Notes: generated from the letters alone by a model not told the origin. Counted from the first letter of the stretch, positions 1 to 9,810 are shown. The stretch is DNA of 64,000 nt from an uncultured Gemmatimonadales bacterium (GCA_963701965.1 OY969695.1:1504001-1568000), one strand, 5' to 3'. Made by a program: numbers and translations.

Positions 1-317
1 CCGGCGCCCTGCGACTCGGGCCGCACGGCCAGCGGTCCCATCCATCCTTCGACGCCGGAACAATGCGTCATGTTGAAGGCGACGACCTCGCCCCGATCGC
101 CGCGCCACAACAGCGCGCCCTCGGCCGCGTCTTCGATCGCGTAGCGCCAGATCGCGGGATTCAGGAACGGCACGCGCACGCCGAGCATGCCGTCGCGCCG
201 GTACCGCTCGGTGAAGGCGTCGCTGAAGATCTGATTCAGCGCCGGGATGTCGTCCCGGTGCGCCGGATGCGGACCGTCCACCGTCCGCACCTGCCGCCAC
301 GTGCGCACGACGGCCAT
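1..317 (-). CDS. GNAT-family N-acetyltransferase (partial, runs off window start)
   Basis: Not in the ORF track. Manual translation from ATG at 317 (TAATG overlap with the rad50 stop) gives MAVVRTWRQV...EGWMGPLAVRPESQGAG, matching the acetyl-CoA-binding motif A (V.P..QG.G). Confidence 0.8.
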   Translation of the reverse strand, partial: MAVVRTWRQVRTVDGPHPAHRDDIPALNQIFSDAFTERYRRDGMLGVRVPFLNPAIWRYAIEDAAEGALLWRGDRGEVVAFNMTHCSGVEGWMGPLAVRPESQGA

Positions 318-2758
318 TACACGGCCAGGGCCAATGGTTCGTCGCTCTCGACGGGCGCGGTGCCCGGCGGCAGATCCACCACCGACGTCGCGCGCGCTTC
401 GTCATAGCGCACCGTCATCACGCGATCGAGACCATCGCGCACCGCATCAATGTGCGTGATCACGATCACCTGGTCGAACCGGTCGTGCAGCCGCCGCAGC
501 AGATCGACGACGTTGCGGCGCCGGCTCTCGTCCAGCGATCCGAACACTTCGTCGAGCACCAACAGCGAGAACGACTGCCCGGCGCGCTCGGCGATCATCT
601 GCGACACGGCCAACCGGAGCACGAGGTTGGCGACGTCCTCCTCCCCGCCCGAAATCACGGGCTTGGGCACCCCGTCCTCGCGCACGAGCACGTTGTACTG
701 ATCATCGAGCTCGATCTCCGTGTATCGGCCGTCGGTCAGCTCGGACAAGAATCCGCTGGCCAACTCCGACACTTCCGGGCGGAGTTGCACGTTGAGCTCG
801 TCGCGAAGCTCCGAATAGGCGCGATCGACTTCGTCGTGCAGCCGCCGTTCCACGGTCAACCCATCGAGCTTCTGCTGCACGCGCTCCAGGGCGCGGCGCG
901 CGCCCTCGGCGGATTCCAACGCCGCCCGCGCCGCGTCGACTTCGGCGCCGGCGCGCACTCCGTCGATCTCCGCGATCCGGGCGGCGGCGTCGGCGCGCTC
1001 CCACTCTTCGCGTATCTGCCCGTAGGTCGCGTCGTCGAATCCCAAGGCGGCGCGGCGCTGGCGCATGTCCTCGACCGCGGCCACCGCCGCGGTGAACGCG
1101 GCGGCAATGTGCGCGCGCTCGCGCTCCAGCGCCGGATAGCGGTCGACCACGCCCGCCAACCGTGCCGCGCGCTGTTCGAGGGGCGTCATCCGCTCGACCT
1201 CGGCGCGCACGACCCCGTGCCGCGACTCGTCGTACCCCGTGGGAATCGCCGCGAGGTCGGTCTGGACCTTGAGCCGGCGTGCGCTTTTCTCACCGCTGTC
1301 GCGACGCAGCCCCTCCAGCTCCCTGGCCCCGGCCTGCACCTTCGCCAGCTTGCGTTCGAGCGCGGCGATCTCCGGCACCAGTGCCTTCCTCCGCTCGTCA
1401 AGCGCCACGAGGTCCTCAGGGGTCGCGTTGAGTTGCTTGAGCCGACCCTGATAATACTTCCCATCGACGGTGATCGTATCGGACTGCTCCTGCAGCAGAT
1501 CGAGAACGACCGTGAAATGCCCCCCGGACAACGGCCGAGCGCACGTCGGGCACTGACCATTCTCGCCCGCCGCCACCAACCGCTCCCGCTGTTTCTTGAG
1601 GTCGTCCCGTTGCTCCTTGAGCGCCTGCAGCTTGGTCCGGGCCTCCTGCTGCTGCCGCACCCACTCGCTGCGCCGGGCTTCACTCTTGGCCTGATTCTCA
1701 TCCAACGCCAGGCGGCGCGCCGCCAACTCGACCTCGACCGCCGCCGCCAGCTCGGGCGCCGACGCGAGCGCACCAATGCGCTCCACCAGCTGGGCCAATT
1801 CCTGGTTCAGCTCGCGATCCCGCTCCGTCAGCGCCCGCCGCTTCACGTCGTCGCGCGACAGTGCGTCTTGGCGTTGCAACTCGTGCACCAGGCCCGCGTA
1901 CCCGGACAGCTCCGCGCGGAGCCCGTCCAGCTCGGCGCCCGCCACCTGCACCGCGTCCAACTCGCCCGCCACGCGCCGACGGTCCTTCTCCAACCGGTCG
2001 ACTTCACCCTCGGAGAGCTTGATCCCGGTCGAGAGCTCGGTCCAGCGTTCGCGCTCGCGCTGCACGCGCTCCCATTGCGGCGCCACGCCGGCCAACGCGG
2101 CGCGTGCGCCATCAAGGACGGCCGACGCCGCGGTCGCGCGCACCGCGGCATCGGCCAAGCGCGACTCGGCGAGGGCCGCGGCCCGCGCCACCGCCTCGCG
2201 ATCGGCCATGCCGCCCCGCATCCCCGCCATCTCGGCGGCCACGACTTTGCGCCGGTCCCGGGCCAGCTCCTGCGCGGTGCGCAGGCGTTCGTATCCCAGC
2301 ACGCGGGAGAGGAACTTGGCCCGGTCCGACGACGTCATCGCCGCCATCAGGCCCAGCTCCTTCTGTCCGGTGAAATACGTATGAAAAAACTCGGTCCGCG
2401 ACATCCCGAGCCGGCGTTGGAGCAGCTGGGTCACGCCGGTGATCGTGTTGGCGATGGGCGCCGACGCGCCATCGAGATACAGCTCGGCGCCGCTCAACCC
2501 GCGGTCAACCCGGTAGCGATGGCCGGCGAGCTCGAAGTCCAGTGCGACTCGGACGGGCGCGCGGGGACCCGCCCGGTGATGACGGATCGATTCGCGCGTC
2601 CCCCGCGCGTGCCCATAGAGGGCCCACGTGATCGCTTCCAGGATCGTCGTCTTGCCGGACCCGTTCGGGCCGATGATGCCCGTCAGCCCGGACTCGAAGG
2701 CGATATGGGTGTCGGCGTGCTGCCGGAAGTTGATGAGGCGCAGGCTATTCAGCCTCAC
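317..2758 (-). CDS. sbcC: Rad50/SbcC SMC-family ATPase
   Basis: Walker A GPNGSGKTT, long coiled coils with central zinc hook CPTC, signature ISGGE, Walker B/D-loop LVLDEVFGSLD, H-loop ITH; GTGA overlap with mre11. Confidence 0.95.
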   Translation of the reverse strand: MRLNSLRLINFRQHADTHIAFESGLTGIIGPNGSGKTTILEAITWALYGHARGTRESIRHHRAGPRAPVRVALDFELAGHRYRVDRGLSGAELYLDGASAPIANTITGVTQLLQRRLGMSRTEFFHTYFTGQKELGLMAAMTSSDRAKFLSRVLGYERLRTAQELARDRRKVVAAEMAGMRGGMADREAVARAAALAESRLADAAVRATAASAVLDGARAALAGVAPQWERVQRERERWTELSTGIKLSEGEVDRLEKDRRRVAGELDAVQVAGAELDGLRAELSGYAGLVHELQRQDALSRDDVKRRALTERDRELNQELAQLVERIGALASAPELAAAVEVELAARRLALDENQAKSEARRSEWVRQQQEARTKLQALKEQRDDLKKQRERLVAAGENGQCPTCARPLSGGHFTVVLDLLQEQSDTITVDGKYYQGRLKQLNATPEDLVALDERRKALVPEIAALERKLAKVQAGARELEGLRRDSGEKSARRLKVQTDLAAIPTGYDESRHGVVRAEVERMTPLEQRAARLAGVVDRYPALERERAHIAAAFTAAVAAVEDMRQRRAALGFDDATYGQIREEWERADAAARIAEIDGVRAGAEVDAARAALESAEGARRALERVQQKLDGLTVERRLHDEVDRAYSELRDELNVQLRPEVSELASGFLSELTDGRYTEIELDDQYNVLVREDGVPKPVISGGEEDVANLVLRLAVSQMIAERAGQSFSLLVLDEVFGSLDESRRRNVVDLLRRLHDRFDQVIVITHIDAVRDGLDRVMTVRYDEARATSVVDLPPGTAPVESDEPLALAV

Positions 2759-3930
2759 GACGACGCCTCGGCGCTCAATGGCGTTTCTTGCGCCTCCGCC
2801 TCCCGCAGATAGTGGAGCCCCATGCCCACCAGGGCCTCGCGATCGAGATCGGCCTCCAAAGGCCGGTTGCGCAGTCGCTCGCGCACGATCTCGATGAGGG
2901 ACGGGCGGCGCCCGGCGGCGCCGTAGCCCGCGGTGCGCGTCACATCCGGCCGCCGCGCATCGAGCGCGAAGTGCAGCGCCCGCCGTTTGTAGTCGCGCAA
3001 CGCCGCATGGTTCAACTCGCGCGCGACGTGGCGGGGGATGTCCTTGATGACGAGCCGGGCAATGTTTCCGTCGAGATCGCAGCGCGCCACCGCCTCGGCG
3101 ATCCGACGGTCAATGTCCGCCGGCGCCAGTCCGTACGCCGGAATCGCGGGCAGATCGATCAACGCGCGGGGCGGCGCCAGCGGATGAAAGACGTGCCGGC
3201 CCGTCGCCAGATCGTGCTCGATGAAGCCTTTCCCGCCGATCCCGTTGGCGCGCTGCTCGATCGACTCGCTCCAGACATTCGTGCTCGTGTACTCAATGGC
3301 GCCGGAGTAGAAGGCATTGGGCGCGACTTGCCGGTACACGTGATAGTGGCCGAGCGCGACGTACGTCCACTGGGCGGGCGCCAGGTCCTCGAGCGGGATC
3401 TCGATCCGCGCCTGGTCATTGAGCGACGGTGGGAGCACACCGGCGATCTCCCCGTGCAGCAGCAGGACGTTGTAGCGCGCCGTCGGATCGGGGGTGAACG
3501 CCGGCCACGCCCCCCGCGAATACGGGACGGCGAGCACCGACAGATTCAGCTCGGGTAGCGCGACGCGGCGCGGCTCGAGATCGGCGACGTAGAACCCCAT
3601 CTGCGCGAACAAGCGCAAGATGCATCCCGTCTCCGTCGTCCGCGGCAGGTCGTGGTTGCCGGCGACGATCACGACGGGGGTCGTGGGGAGCGCGGTCCGG
3701 AGCCGCAAGAAGTGCTTGAACGCGTAGAGGATCGCCGGATTCGACGGGCGCACCGTGTGAAAAACGTCGCCGGCGACCAGGACGACGTCCGGTCTCAAGG
3801 CGATCGTGGCGTCGATCGCGCCGCGAAACGCCTCGCCGACGTCCGCCTCCCGCTGATTGATCCCGGCCGGTGTCAGGCGCTGGTACTGCCGGAACCCCAA
3901 GTGCAGGTCGGACAGGTGCACGAGCCGCAT
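2755..3930 (-). CDS. sbcD: Mre11/SbcD metallophosphoesterase nuclease
   Basis: Motifs SDLHLG, GDVFH, GNHD, LHG, LGHYH; coupled to rad50. Confidence 0.95.
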   Translation of the reverse strand: MRLVHLSDLHLGFRQYQRLTPAGINQREADVGEAFRGAIDATIALRPDVVLVAGDVFHTVRPSNPAILYAFKHFLRLRTALPTTPVVIVAGNHDLPRTTETGCILRLFAQMGFYVADLEPRRVALPELNLSVLAVPYSRGAWPAFTPDPTARYNVLLLHGEIAGVLPPSLNDQARIEIPLEDLAPAQWTYVALGHYHVYRQVAPNAFYSGAIEYTSTNVWSESIEQRANGIGGKGFIEHDLATGRHVFHPLAPPRALIDLPAIPAYGLAPADIDRRIAEAVARCDLDGNIARLVIKDIPRHVARELNHAALRDYKRRALHFALDARRPDVTRTAGYGAAGRRPSLIEIVRERLRNRPLEADLDREALVGMGLHYLREAEAQETPLSAEASS

Positions 3931-3934
3931 GCGT

Positions 3935-4699
3935 TCAATCTATCGTTCGCAGCCACTGCGTGACAATGATCTGGACATGAACCGAGGCTACCACGGAGTG
4001 AATCTCGATCGTGGCCCGGGAGCTGGTCAACCACCCGCGCCGGAGGTCGACCAGCATAGTCCCGGCCAGCGTACCGGATGACTCCACGGTCGAAATCGTG
4101 CCCCGGACGGACAGATAGGCCAGATCGCCGCCGCGAGCGACCGAGTCGAGGCGGAACGTCGTCTTGAGTTCCCCGTGCCCAAATGCCCCGCCCATGGGGC
4201 CGGCCATCGTGCGCGACCAGCGCTTCCCCACGGCAATGGGCTGGCGCGGCAAGACGGCAGGCATGGCGGCGAAGAGGGCCCGGAGCCGGGTGTCCGCCGG
4301 CGAGGAGTCGTCGGCGACCGTGGTGGCCCCATCGGGCGCCAGCCGCAGGTGGACCGGCTTCCCCTGCAGCAGCCGCCGCGCGAGATCAGGGGACTCGAAC
4401 GACTGGGGGCCGGTGGTGGTCGTGGCGACGGAGTCGGTGACGGCGACGACGTCGCTGCCCAATGTATCGGTGGTCTCGACAATGGTGCGGCTCATCACGA
4501 GCAGCGTCGTCACGATGGTCGTCGTGGAGTCGGCGTGGGCAAGACCCTCGCGGTGCGCCCTCCCGATCGTCTCCACCCGCTGGTCGTATCGCATGTGCAG
4601 CGTATCGCCCGGGTGCGGACGGATGCTCAGCAAGACAGACTGGCCGGCCGCCGCCTGGGCCGCGACCATGCACCACGGGGCGAGCCACAGACCCTTCAT
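3935..4699 (-). CDS. Hypothetical secreted beta-rich protein
   Basis: ATG at 4699, 4 nt after the herA stop; signal-peptide-like N-terminus MKGLWLAPWCMVAAQAAAG; Thr/Val-rich strands. Confidence 0.7.
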   Translation of the reverse strand: MKGLWLAPWCMVAAQAAAGQSVLLSIRPHPGDTLHMRYDQRVETIGRAHREGLAHADSTTTIVTTLLVMSRTIVETTDTLGSDVVAVTDSVATTTTGPQSFESPDLARRLLQGKPVHLRLAPDGATTVADDSSPADTRLRALFAAMPAVLPRQPIAVGKRWSRTMAGPMGGAFGHGELKTTFRLDSVARGGDLAYLSVRGTISTVESSGTLAGTMLVDLRRGWLTSSRATIEIHSVVASVHVQIIVTQWLRTID

Positions 4700-4703
4700 G
4701 CCG

Positions 4704-6653
4704 TCAGAAGCCGTATGGGTCGTCGTCGGGCGTGGCGCGCAGCGGCACGCTGACCGGCGGCGGGGCGGCGGCCGCGGCGGGGCGCGCCGCGGTGCGCAGG
4801 CTGCCACGGAAAAATGCCCGGACGTCGGCCGGCCGCGTGATCTCGGCCGCGGCCTTGGCCCGCAACACGTCGCGCTCGTCGACCAAGGCGATCGTGTCCT
4901 GCACCCAGGCCAGCGTCACGGACGGATCGAGCGCGCGCAGCGCGCGGGTCACCGCGGCCTCCAACGACGGCTCGCTCCCGGGCGGATACCGTTCCGCGCC
5001 CAGGCGCCCCGAGAGGATCGCGGGCCGGGGGAAGCGCACGAATACGGGCTGCGCGAAGTGCGGGTGTCGGACCATCAACTGCCCTTTCTCCAATGTGGCG
5101 AGCTTCGTCCGCACGGCCGGCCCCAGCCCGGCGTACCCGGGCGTCGCCAGCTCGTCGGCATCCATGCGGCCGAACAAGGCGGTGCCGGCGTTGCCGACGA
5201 CGCGCCGGTGCACCTGTGATCGGAACTGCTGGGCGGCGAACAGCACCAGACCGAGATACCGTCCGCGCTCGGCGACGTCGAGCAACATCTTGCGCACATA
5301 CGTGTCCGGCCCGTCGCCCGGGGCGTACTTGTTCAGCTCGTCGACGAAGACCACGACATGCTGCACGCCGAGGTCGCGGCGCTCGAGGTGCTCGCGGAGC
5401 TTGGACACGACGCGCGCGAAGATGAGGTCCTGCGCATCTTCCTCGAGCAAGGCGACGTCGATCACGTACACCGTGCGGTCCTGAAAGCTCCCGAACGGGA
5501 GGTCGCTGGTCGCGCCGTCATTGGTGACGAGGCCCGCGCACCGCGTCGCGATATTGGTGAGCCGATTCCGCACCTTCCGGATGGTGGCCACGTGGTGCGT
5601 GCGCCAAGACTCGGCGTTGCGGCGTTCCATGCTGTGCAGCAGGTCGCGAAACCACGCATCGAGATCGGCGAACGACCGCACCGTGTGCGCGCTGGCCAAG
5701 GCGTCATCAGAGAACGGCCGATCCACGACCCGCTCGCGTATGAAATCGATCAACGCGTCGGCCTTGGCATCGACGTCGTCCTTGTTCAGCAAGACCTCGG
5801 CGAACTGCAGGACCTCGCGCAACCCCCACGTGAGGGCCGATAGATTGTGGCCCAGCGCGTCGTTCGACCGGAGCGTGTTGAGGGCGAAGCCCTTCGCCGT
5901 GTACGGCGCGAAGTACCGGACGTGCTCGAACGGGCGCGCGGGGACGCCGAGGCGCTCGTACAGCGCCTGGTCGCTCTCCTCCAGCGCGCCCGGGCAATCG
6001 AGGAAGCAGAGGTCCGGCCCCTTGACGTTGAAGCACACGGCGGCCACGGACCCTTTGTCGGCGGGAAAATGGGCGAAGATCGAGGCCAGCAGCCATTCCA
6101 CGGCGCTGGTCTTGGTGGCCAGCCCCGAGACCCCCGTGATGTTGAGATGCGCGGCTTCGGGTCCCAGCAGAAAATCGGGGTCGAGATAGACCGGCGACTC
6201 GCTGCCGCCCGCCCGGTACATGCCGATCGGAATGCCGCGCCGCGCGTAGGAGTCCATCCGGAGCGCGATCTCAATGTCGGCGTCGGCCGCGAGGAACACC
6301 TCGCCGAGTGGCACCGGCTGCAGCGGTTCGTCGGGCACCTGGCGCAGCGTCGCGGCCGTGTACAACCGGATCTCGGTCCGCTCCGTCGGCGCCGCGGCCG
6401 CGCGCTCGGGAGCGCCATCGTAGCCCAGCACTTCGTGCAGCGGCGACTGCACATCGGTGTAGCTGTAGCCCTCGACCACCACGCCGTACACGGTCGGGAT
6501 CTGCCCTGCCACCGGGTGCGTGCCGGCGACGCGCACGATCGTGCCGATGCCGACCGGCGCGTCCAGGCCGGTCCAGAAGTGGAACTCGTGCGGCGTGTTG
6601 GGCCGGCGCTCGGTCGCGACGACCCGGCCAATCGGGGGAACAGTGTCGGTCAC
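4704..6653 (-). CDS. herA: HerA-family ATPase/DNA translocase
   Basis: N-terminal HAS-barrel-like region (IGRVVATE...FHFW), variant Walker A GVSGLATKTS, FNVKG strand, Walker B VVFVDELNKYAP, ERGRYLG arginine motif, LFAAQQ. GTG start at 6653 preferred; the ORF is open to 6704. Confidence 0.9.
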   Translation of the reverse strand: MTDTVPPIGRVVATERRPNTPHEFHFWTGLDAPVGIGTIVRVAGTHPVAGQIPTVYGVVVEGYSYTDVQSPLHEVLGYDGAPERAAAAPTERTEIRLYTAATLRQVPDEPLQPVPLGEVFLAADADIEIALRMDSYARRGIPIGMYRAGGSESPVYLDPDFLLGPEAAHLNITGVSGLATKTSAVEWLLASIFAHFPADKGSVAAVCFNVKGPDLCFLDCPGALEESDQALYERLGVPARPFEHVRYFAPYTAKGFALNTLRSNDALGHNLSALTWGLREVLQFAEVLLNKDDVDAKADALIDFIRERVVDRPFSDDALASAHTVRSFADLDAWFRDLLHSMERRNAESWRTHHVATIRKVRNRLTNIATRCAGLVTNDGATSDLPFGSFQDRTVYVIDVALLEEDAQDLIFARVVSKLREHLERRDLGVQHVVVFVDELNKYAPGDGPDTYVRKMLLDVAERGRYLGLVLFAAQQFRSQVHRRVVGNAGTALFGRMDADELATPGYAGLGPAVRTKLATLEKGQLMVRHPHFAQPVFVRFPRPAILSGRLGAERYPPGSEPSLEAAVTRALRALDPSVTLAWVQDTIALVDERDVLRAKAAAEITRPADVRAFFRGSLRTAARPAAAAAPPPVSVPLRATPDDDPYGF

Positions 6654-6660
6654 AGGCCCA

Positions 6661-7578
6661 TCAACAAACGGCGCGGAGATACTCTTCGCAATCCCGGACG
6701 CCATACACGAGCGTGTCCCACCGCGGATCGGGCAAAGCGAGAGGCGACGCCTCGGCCAGCACCCAGCGCGAGAACCGGTCGGCCCGCTCCGCCACCGCCC
6801 CGCCTTCCGCCATCTCCACCCGGACCAATCCCCAGAACGGTCCGCGGCCGGCGGCCTCGCGCAAGCGCAAATACCAACTCAACACGGGAGCCCGATGCGC
6901 CGACGCGATGCGCAGCACCGACGTGCGCTCGCCGGCGCGGAGCGCGGCGAGGACGCCGAACCCGTCGGGAGCGACGTAGAGCGTCCGGTGGGTCTTGACG
7001 ACGCCAACGACGTCGGGATGCGCGACCGTGAGCGCGCCATCGATCCACAGCGGGGCCGATGTGCGGGCGGCGTCCGCAGCCAGTTGGCGCTCCAGTTCTT
7101 CCCGGCGCCGTTTCACGACCTGGAGCGCGCGCTCGACGAGCGCCGCCGGATGGGCGAGCCCGCGGGGCTCCGTGTCGATGAGCCCCTGGACCGCGAGTTC
7201 GGCGGCGAGGCCTGGCGGCAATTGGGCGATGGGGGCGTAGACCGCGCGGTCCACGGCCGGGGCATCGCGGGTCACCATGCGGCGCGCCCGCCGCTCGCGC
7301 ACGACGGCGGCGATCGTGCCAAAGACGACCGGCACCATCCCGAGGTGCGATCCGATTCGGCTTTGCTGGATCCCGTCCAGAAACGCCGCGAAGCCGACGG
7401 TGGGAGGACCGGACGGCGCATGTGCCACCAGCGCGTCGCCCTCGACGATCGCTGCGGCGTCCACCCGCGGTGACTCGGGAGGCCTGGCAAGCGTCTCCAG
7501 CGTGGGACTTGCTCCCTCCGCGGGGAGTGCGCCCCACCGACCGAGCGACGCTCGAGCGCCGCGGAAGCTCGCGTTCAT
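6661..7578 (-). CDS. nurA: NurA-family 5'-3' nuclease
   Basis: FLDG and WIDG acidic motifs, GVVKTH, C-terminal DPRW...YG...EEYL; directly upstream of herA. Start position uncertain. Confidence 0.8.
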   Translation of the reverse strand: MNASFRGARASLGRWGALPAEGASPTLETLARPPESPRVDAAAIVEGDALVAHAPSGPPTVGFAAFLDGIQQSRIGSHLGMVPVVFGTIAAVVRERRARRMVTRDAPAVDRAVYAPIAQLPPGLAAELAVQGLIDTEPRGLAHPAALVERALQVVKRRREELERQLAADAARTSAPLWIDGALTVAHPDVVGVVKTHRTLYVAPDGFGVLAALRAGERTSVLRIASAHRAPVLSWYLRLREAAGRGPFWGLVRVEMAEGGAVAERADRFSRWVLAEASPLALPDPRWDTLVYGVRDCEEYLRAVC

Positions 7579-7594
7579 TCTTGCCACAGGACCC

Positions 7595-8587
7595 GTGACA
7601 ACCGCCGTACGGACCCGCCTTGCCGCCTCTGGCGCACTGTGCGTAACGCTAATCGCCGCCCAAGGCTGCGACAAGCACGAAGCCGACGCCGATTCCGGAT
7701 TCGCGTCGCAAACCGAAGTGCTCGACTTGTCGAAGCACCCCAACGTGCTGTTCGAGGTGTTCGGCGAACGCGAAGATCCGCGCATGATCCCGATCGGGTT
7801 GGTCGATGCGGGACACGTGCGCGGCATCAAACTGGACGCAGCGGGGTGGAAGAAGTTCGACAAGATGTACACCCACTCCGGCACGAGTTTCACGCTGTAT
7901 CAGGACGGACAGGTCGCCGGCACGGCGACCGTGAAGCAGGGCATGTGGGAGAAAGTCGGCATGCCGCTCTACTCGCTGCCCAACTGCCACGTTTTGACGC
8001 CGCTTTCCGCGGTCGCGCTCGACAGCAAGGTCAAGGCCGGCATCACGGTGGAGTTCCTGGCCTCAGGCACGACGCTGCCCGGCGCGATGCAGGCCCCGAA
8101 GCCGGAGCCGCTGACGCGCGAGGACGCCGTCACCAAGGCGCGGGCCATCGGGATCGCGGTCGGGACCAACGCCGGCATCCCGCGGGCACGCCTGGATTCG
8201 CTCGACTACCACGGGCTCGCGATCAACACGGGCGCGACATCGCAGCCGACGCTCATCGCGTCCTTCATCGACCCGAATGCCGAGGACGCGGCGTCAAAGG
8301 GCCAAGGGACGTCCTACGTGTTCGTGATCGCGGACTGGAACGGCACGGACTACGCGCCGTCGTTCGTGAAAACGGTCGACGGTTCGTCGGCCCACGCCGA
8401 TTACCGGCGCTACATCGATCATCTCGACTTCGACGGCAATGGGGTCGACGAGATCGCCATCGAGGGGTGGCACTACGGCGGCGACAGCTACCCGATCCTG
8501 CTCCGCTATAAGCAGGGCCGCTGGATCGAGATCTTCCACGGCGCCTCGGATTGGTGCCTCGACCGGGCCATGGCGGCTAGACAGTAG
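7595..8587 (+). CDS. Hypothetical lipoprotein with Ca-binding-like loop
   Basis: GTG start, lipobox-like AQGC, DFDGNGVDEI FG-GAP/EF-like motif near the C-terminus. Confidence 0.7.
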   Translation: MTTAVRTRLAASGALCVTLIAAQGCDKHEADADSGFASQTEVLDLSKHPNVLFEVFGEREDPRMIPIGLVDAGHVRGIKLDAAGWKKFDKMYTHSGTSFTLYQDGQVAGTATVKQGMWEKVGMPLYSLPNCHVLTPLSAVALDSKVKAGITVEFLASGTTLPGAMQAPKPEPLTREDAVTKARAIGIAVGTNAGIPRARLDSLDYHGLAINTGATSQPTLIASFIDPNAEDAASKGQGTSYVFVIADWNGTDYAPSFVKTVDGSSAHADYRRYIDHLDFDGNGVDEIAIEGWHYGGDSYPILLRYKQGRWIEIFHGASDWCLDRAMAARQ

Positions 8588-9752
8588 TCAGCCGCCGCAC
8601 GCCTTCCACGACCATCTCGGTGGGTGCCGCGTAGCTGACGCGGACCCACTCCGGTGTGAGGAACGCCGAACCCGGCACCACGGCGACGCTGTGGGTGTCG
8701 AGCAGCCTGGTCGCGAATGCGTCCCCCTCGCCGACGCGCACATAAAGATAGAACGCGCCATCGGGACGCACGTACGTGAGCCCCGCGCGGTCGAGCAGCG
8801 CGGTCGCCGCGTCACGGCGGGCGCGAAACGTGGCCACCATCGACGCGATCGCGGTCTCCGCTGACGCGGTGTCGGTGAGGGCCGCCAGCGCGGCGTGCTG
8901 GGAGACGGTGGCGGCGTTGGATGTCGTATGCGACTGCAGGGCGTTCATGGCGGCGGATACGGCGCGCGGCGCGATGGACCAACCAATGCGCCATCCCGTC
9001 ATCGCGTACGCCTTGGCGACGCCGTTGACGACGACGAGCCGGTCGCGGCTGCCGTCGGGCAGCACAGCCAGTGCCGACGTGGCGGCGGCTTCGTAGGCGA
9101 TCCGCAGGTAGATCTCGTCGCTGATCACCCACCATCCGCGCGCACTGGCCACGGCCAGGATCTCGGCCAACTCCTCGGCCGTGTACACGGACCCCGTGGG
9201 ATTGCACGGCGAGTTCAACATCACGCCTTTCGTGTGGGACGTCGCCGCGGCGGCCAGTTGCGCGGCGGTCACTTTGAGGCCCCGGGACAAGTCGCCGCGC
9301 ACCGCTACCGGCGTCGCTCGGGCGAGCGCGACCATCTCGTAGTACGAGGTCCAGCTCGGTGTCGGGATCAATACTTCGTCGCCCGGGCCGAACAGGGTGA
9401 AGCAGGCGTTGAACAACGATTGCTTCGAACCCGCGGAGACGACGATCTCCGACGCCTCGATCGGCACCGGCCCGCGGTAGAGCGTATTCGCGTCGGCCGC
9501 GATCGCTTGCCGCAGGGGCAGGATCCCGTCCGTCGACGTGTAGCGCGTGGCGCCGGCGTCGATCGCCCGCTGGGCGGCGCGGCGAATGTACTCCGGCGTG
9601 TCGAAGTCGGGCTCGCCGGCGCCGAGGTCGAGAACTTCCCGGCCCGCGGACCGGAGCGCGCGAGCCCGGCTCGCCACCGCGAGCGTGGCCGATTCCTTGA
9701 TCTGTGAGACGTTCGCGGATGGGGCGAACGATGGCGCCAGCGTTGTCGTCAC
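8577..9752 (-). CDS. PLP-dependent class I/II (aspartate) aminotransferase
   Basis: GEPDF, NSPCNPTG, SDEIY, KAYAMTGWRIG motifs; AGGAG RBS. Confidence 0.93.
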   Translation of the reverse strand: MTTTLAPSFAPSANVSQIKESATLAVASRARALRSAGREVLDLGAGEPDFDTPEYIRRAAQRAIDAGATRYTSTDGILPLRQAIAADANTLYRGPVPIEASEIVVSAGSKQSLFNACFTLFGPGDEVLIPTPSWTSYYEMVALARATPVAVRGDLSRGLKVTAAQLAAAATSHTKGVMLNSPCNPTGSVYTAEELAEILAVASARGWWVISDEIYLRIAYEAAATSALAVLPDGSRDRLVVVNGVAKAYAMTGWRIGWSIAPRAVSAAMNALQSHTTSNAATVSQHAALAALTDTASAETAIASMVATFRARRDAATALLDRAGLTYVRPDGAFYLYVRVGEGDAFATRLLDTHSVAVVPGSAFLTPEWVRVSYAAPTEMVVEGVRRLTTV

Positions 9753-9810
9753 GTCTAAGTTTCTCCTGACTCAGTCTCTTCTGTCGGCTCCTTCATAGGT
9801 TATCCGCCCG

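Noticed and set aside
452..2812. 786-aa plus-strand ORF and other long antisense ORFs (e.g. 42935-45196, 34070-35980, 36582-38333, 57853-59586)
   Set aside because: They are shadows of real genes on the opposite strand, expected at high GC with strong codon bias, and show no recognisable motifs.
317..7578. Repair cluster as a Wadjet- or Lamassu-type defence island
   Set aside because: The SMC has a Rad50 zinc hook and an Mre11 partner. No kleisin, JetD or effector genes, mobility genes or obvious compositional shift were seen.
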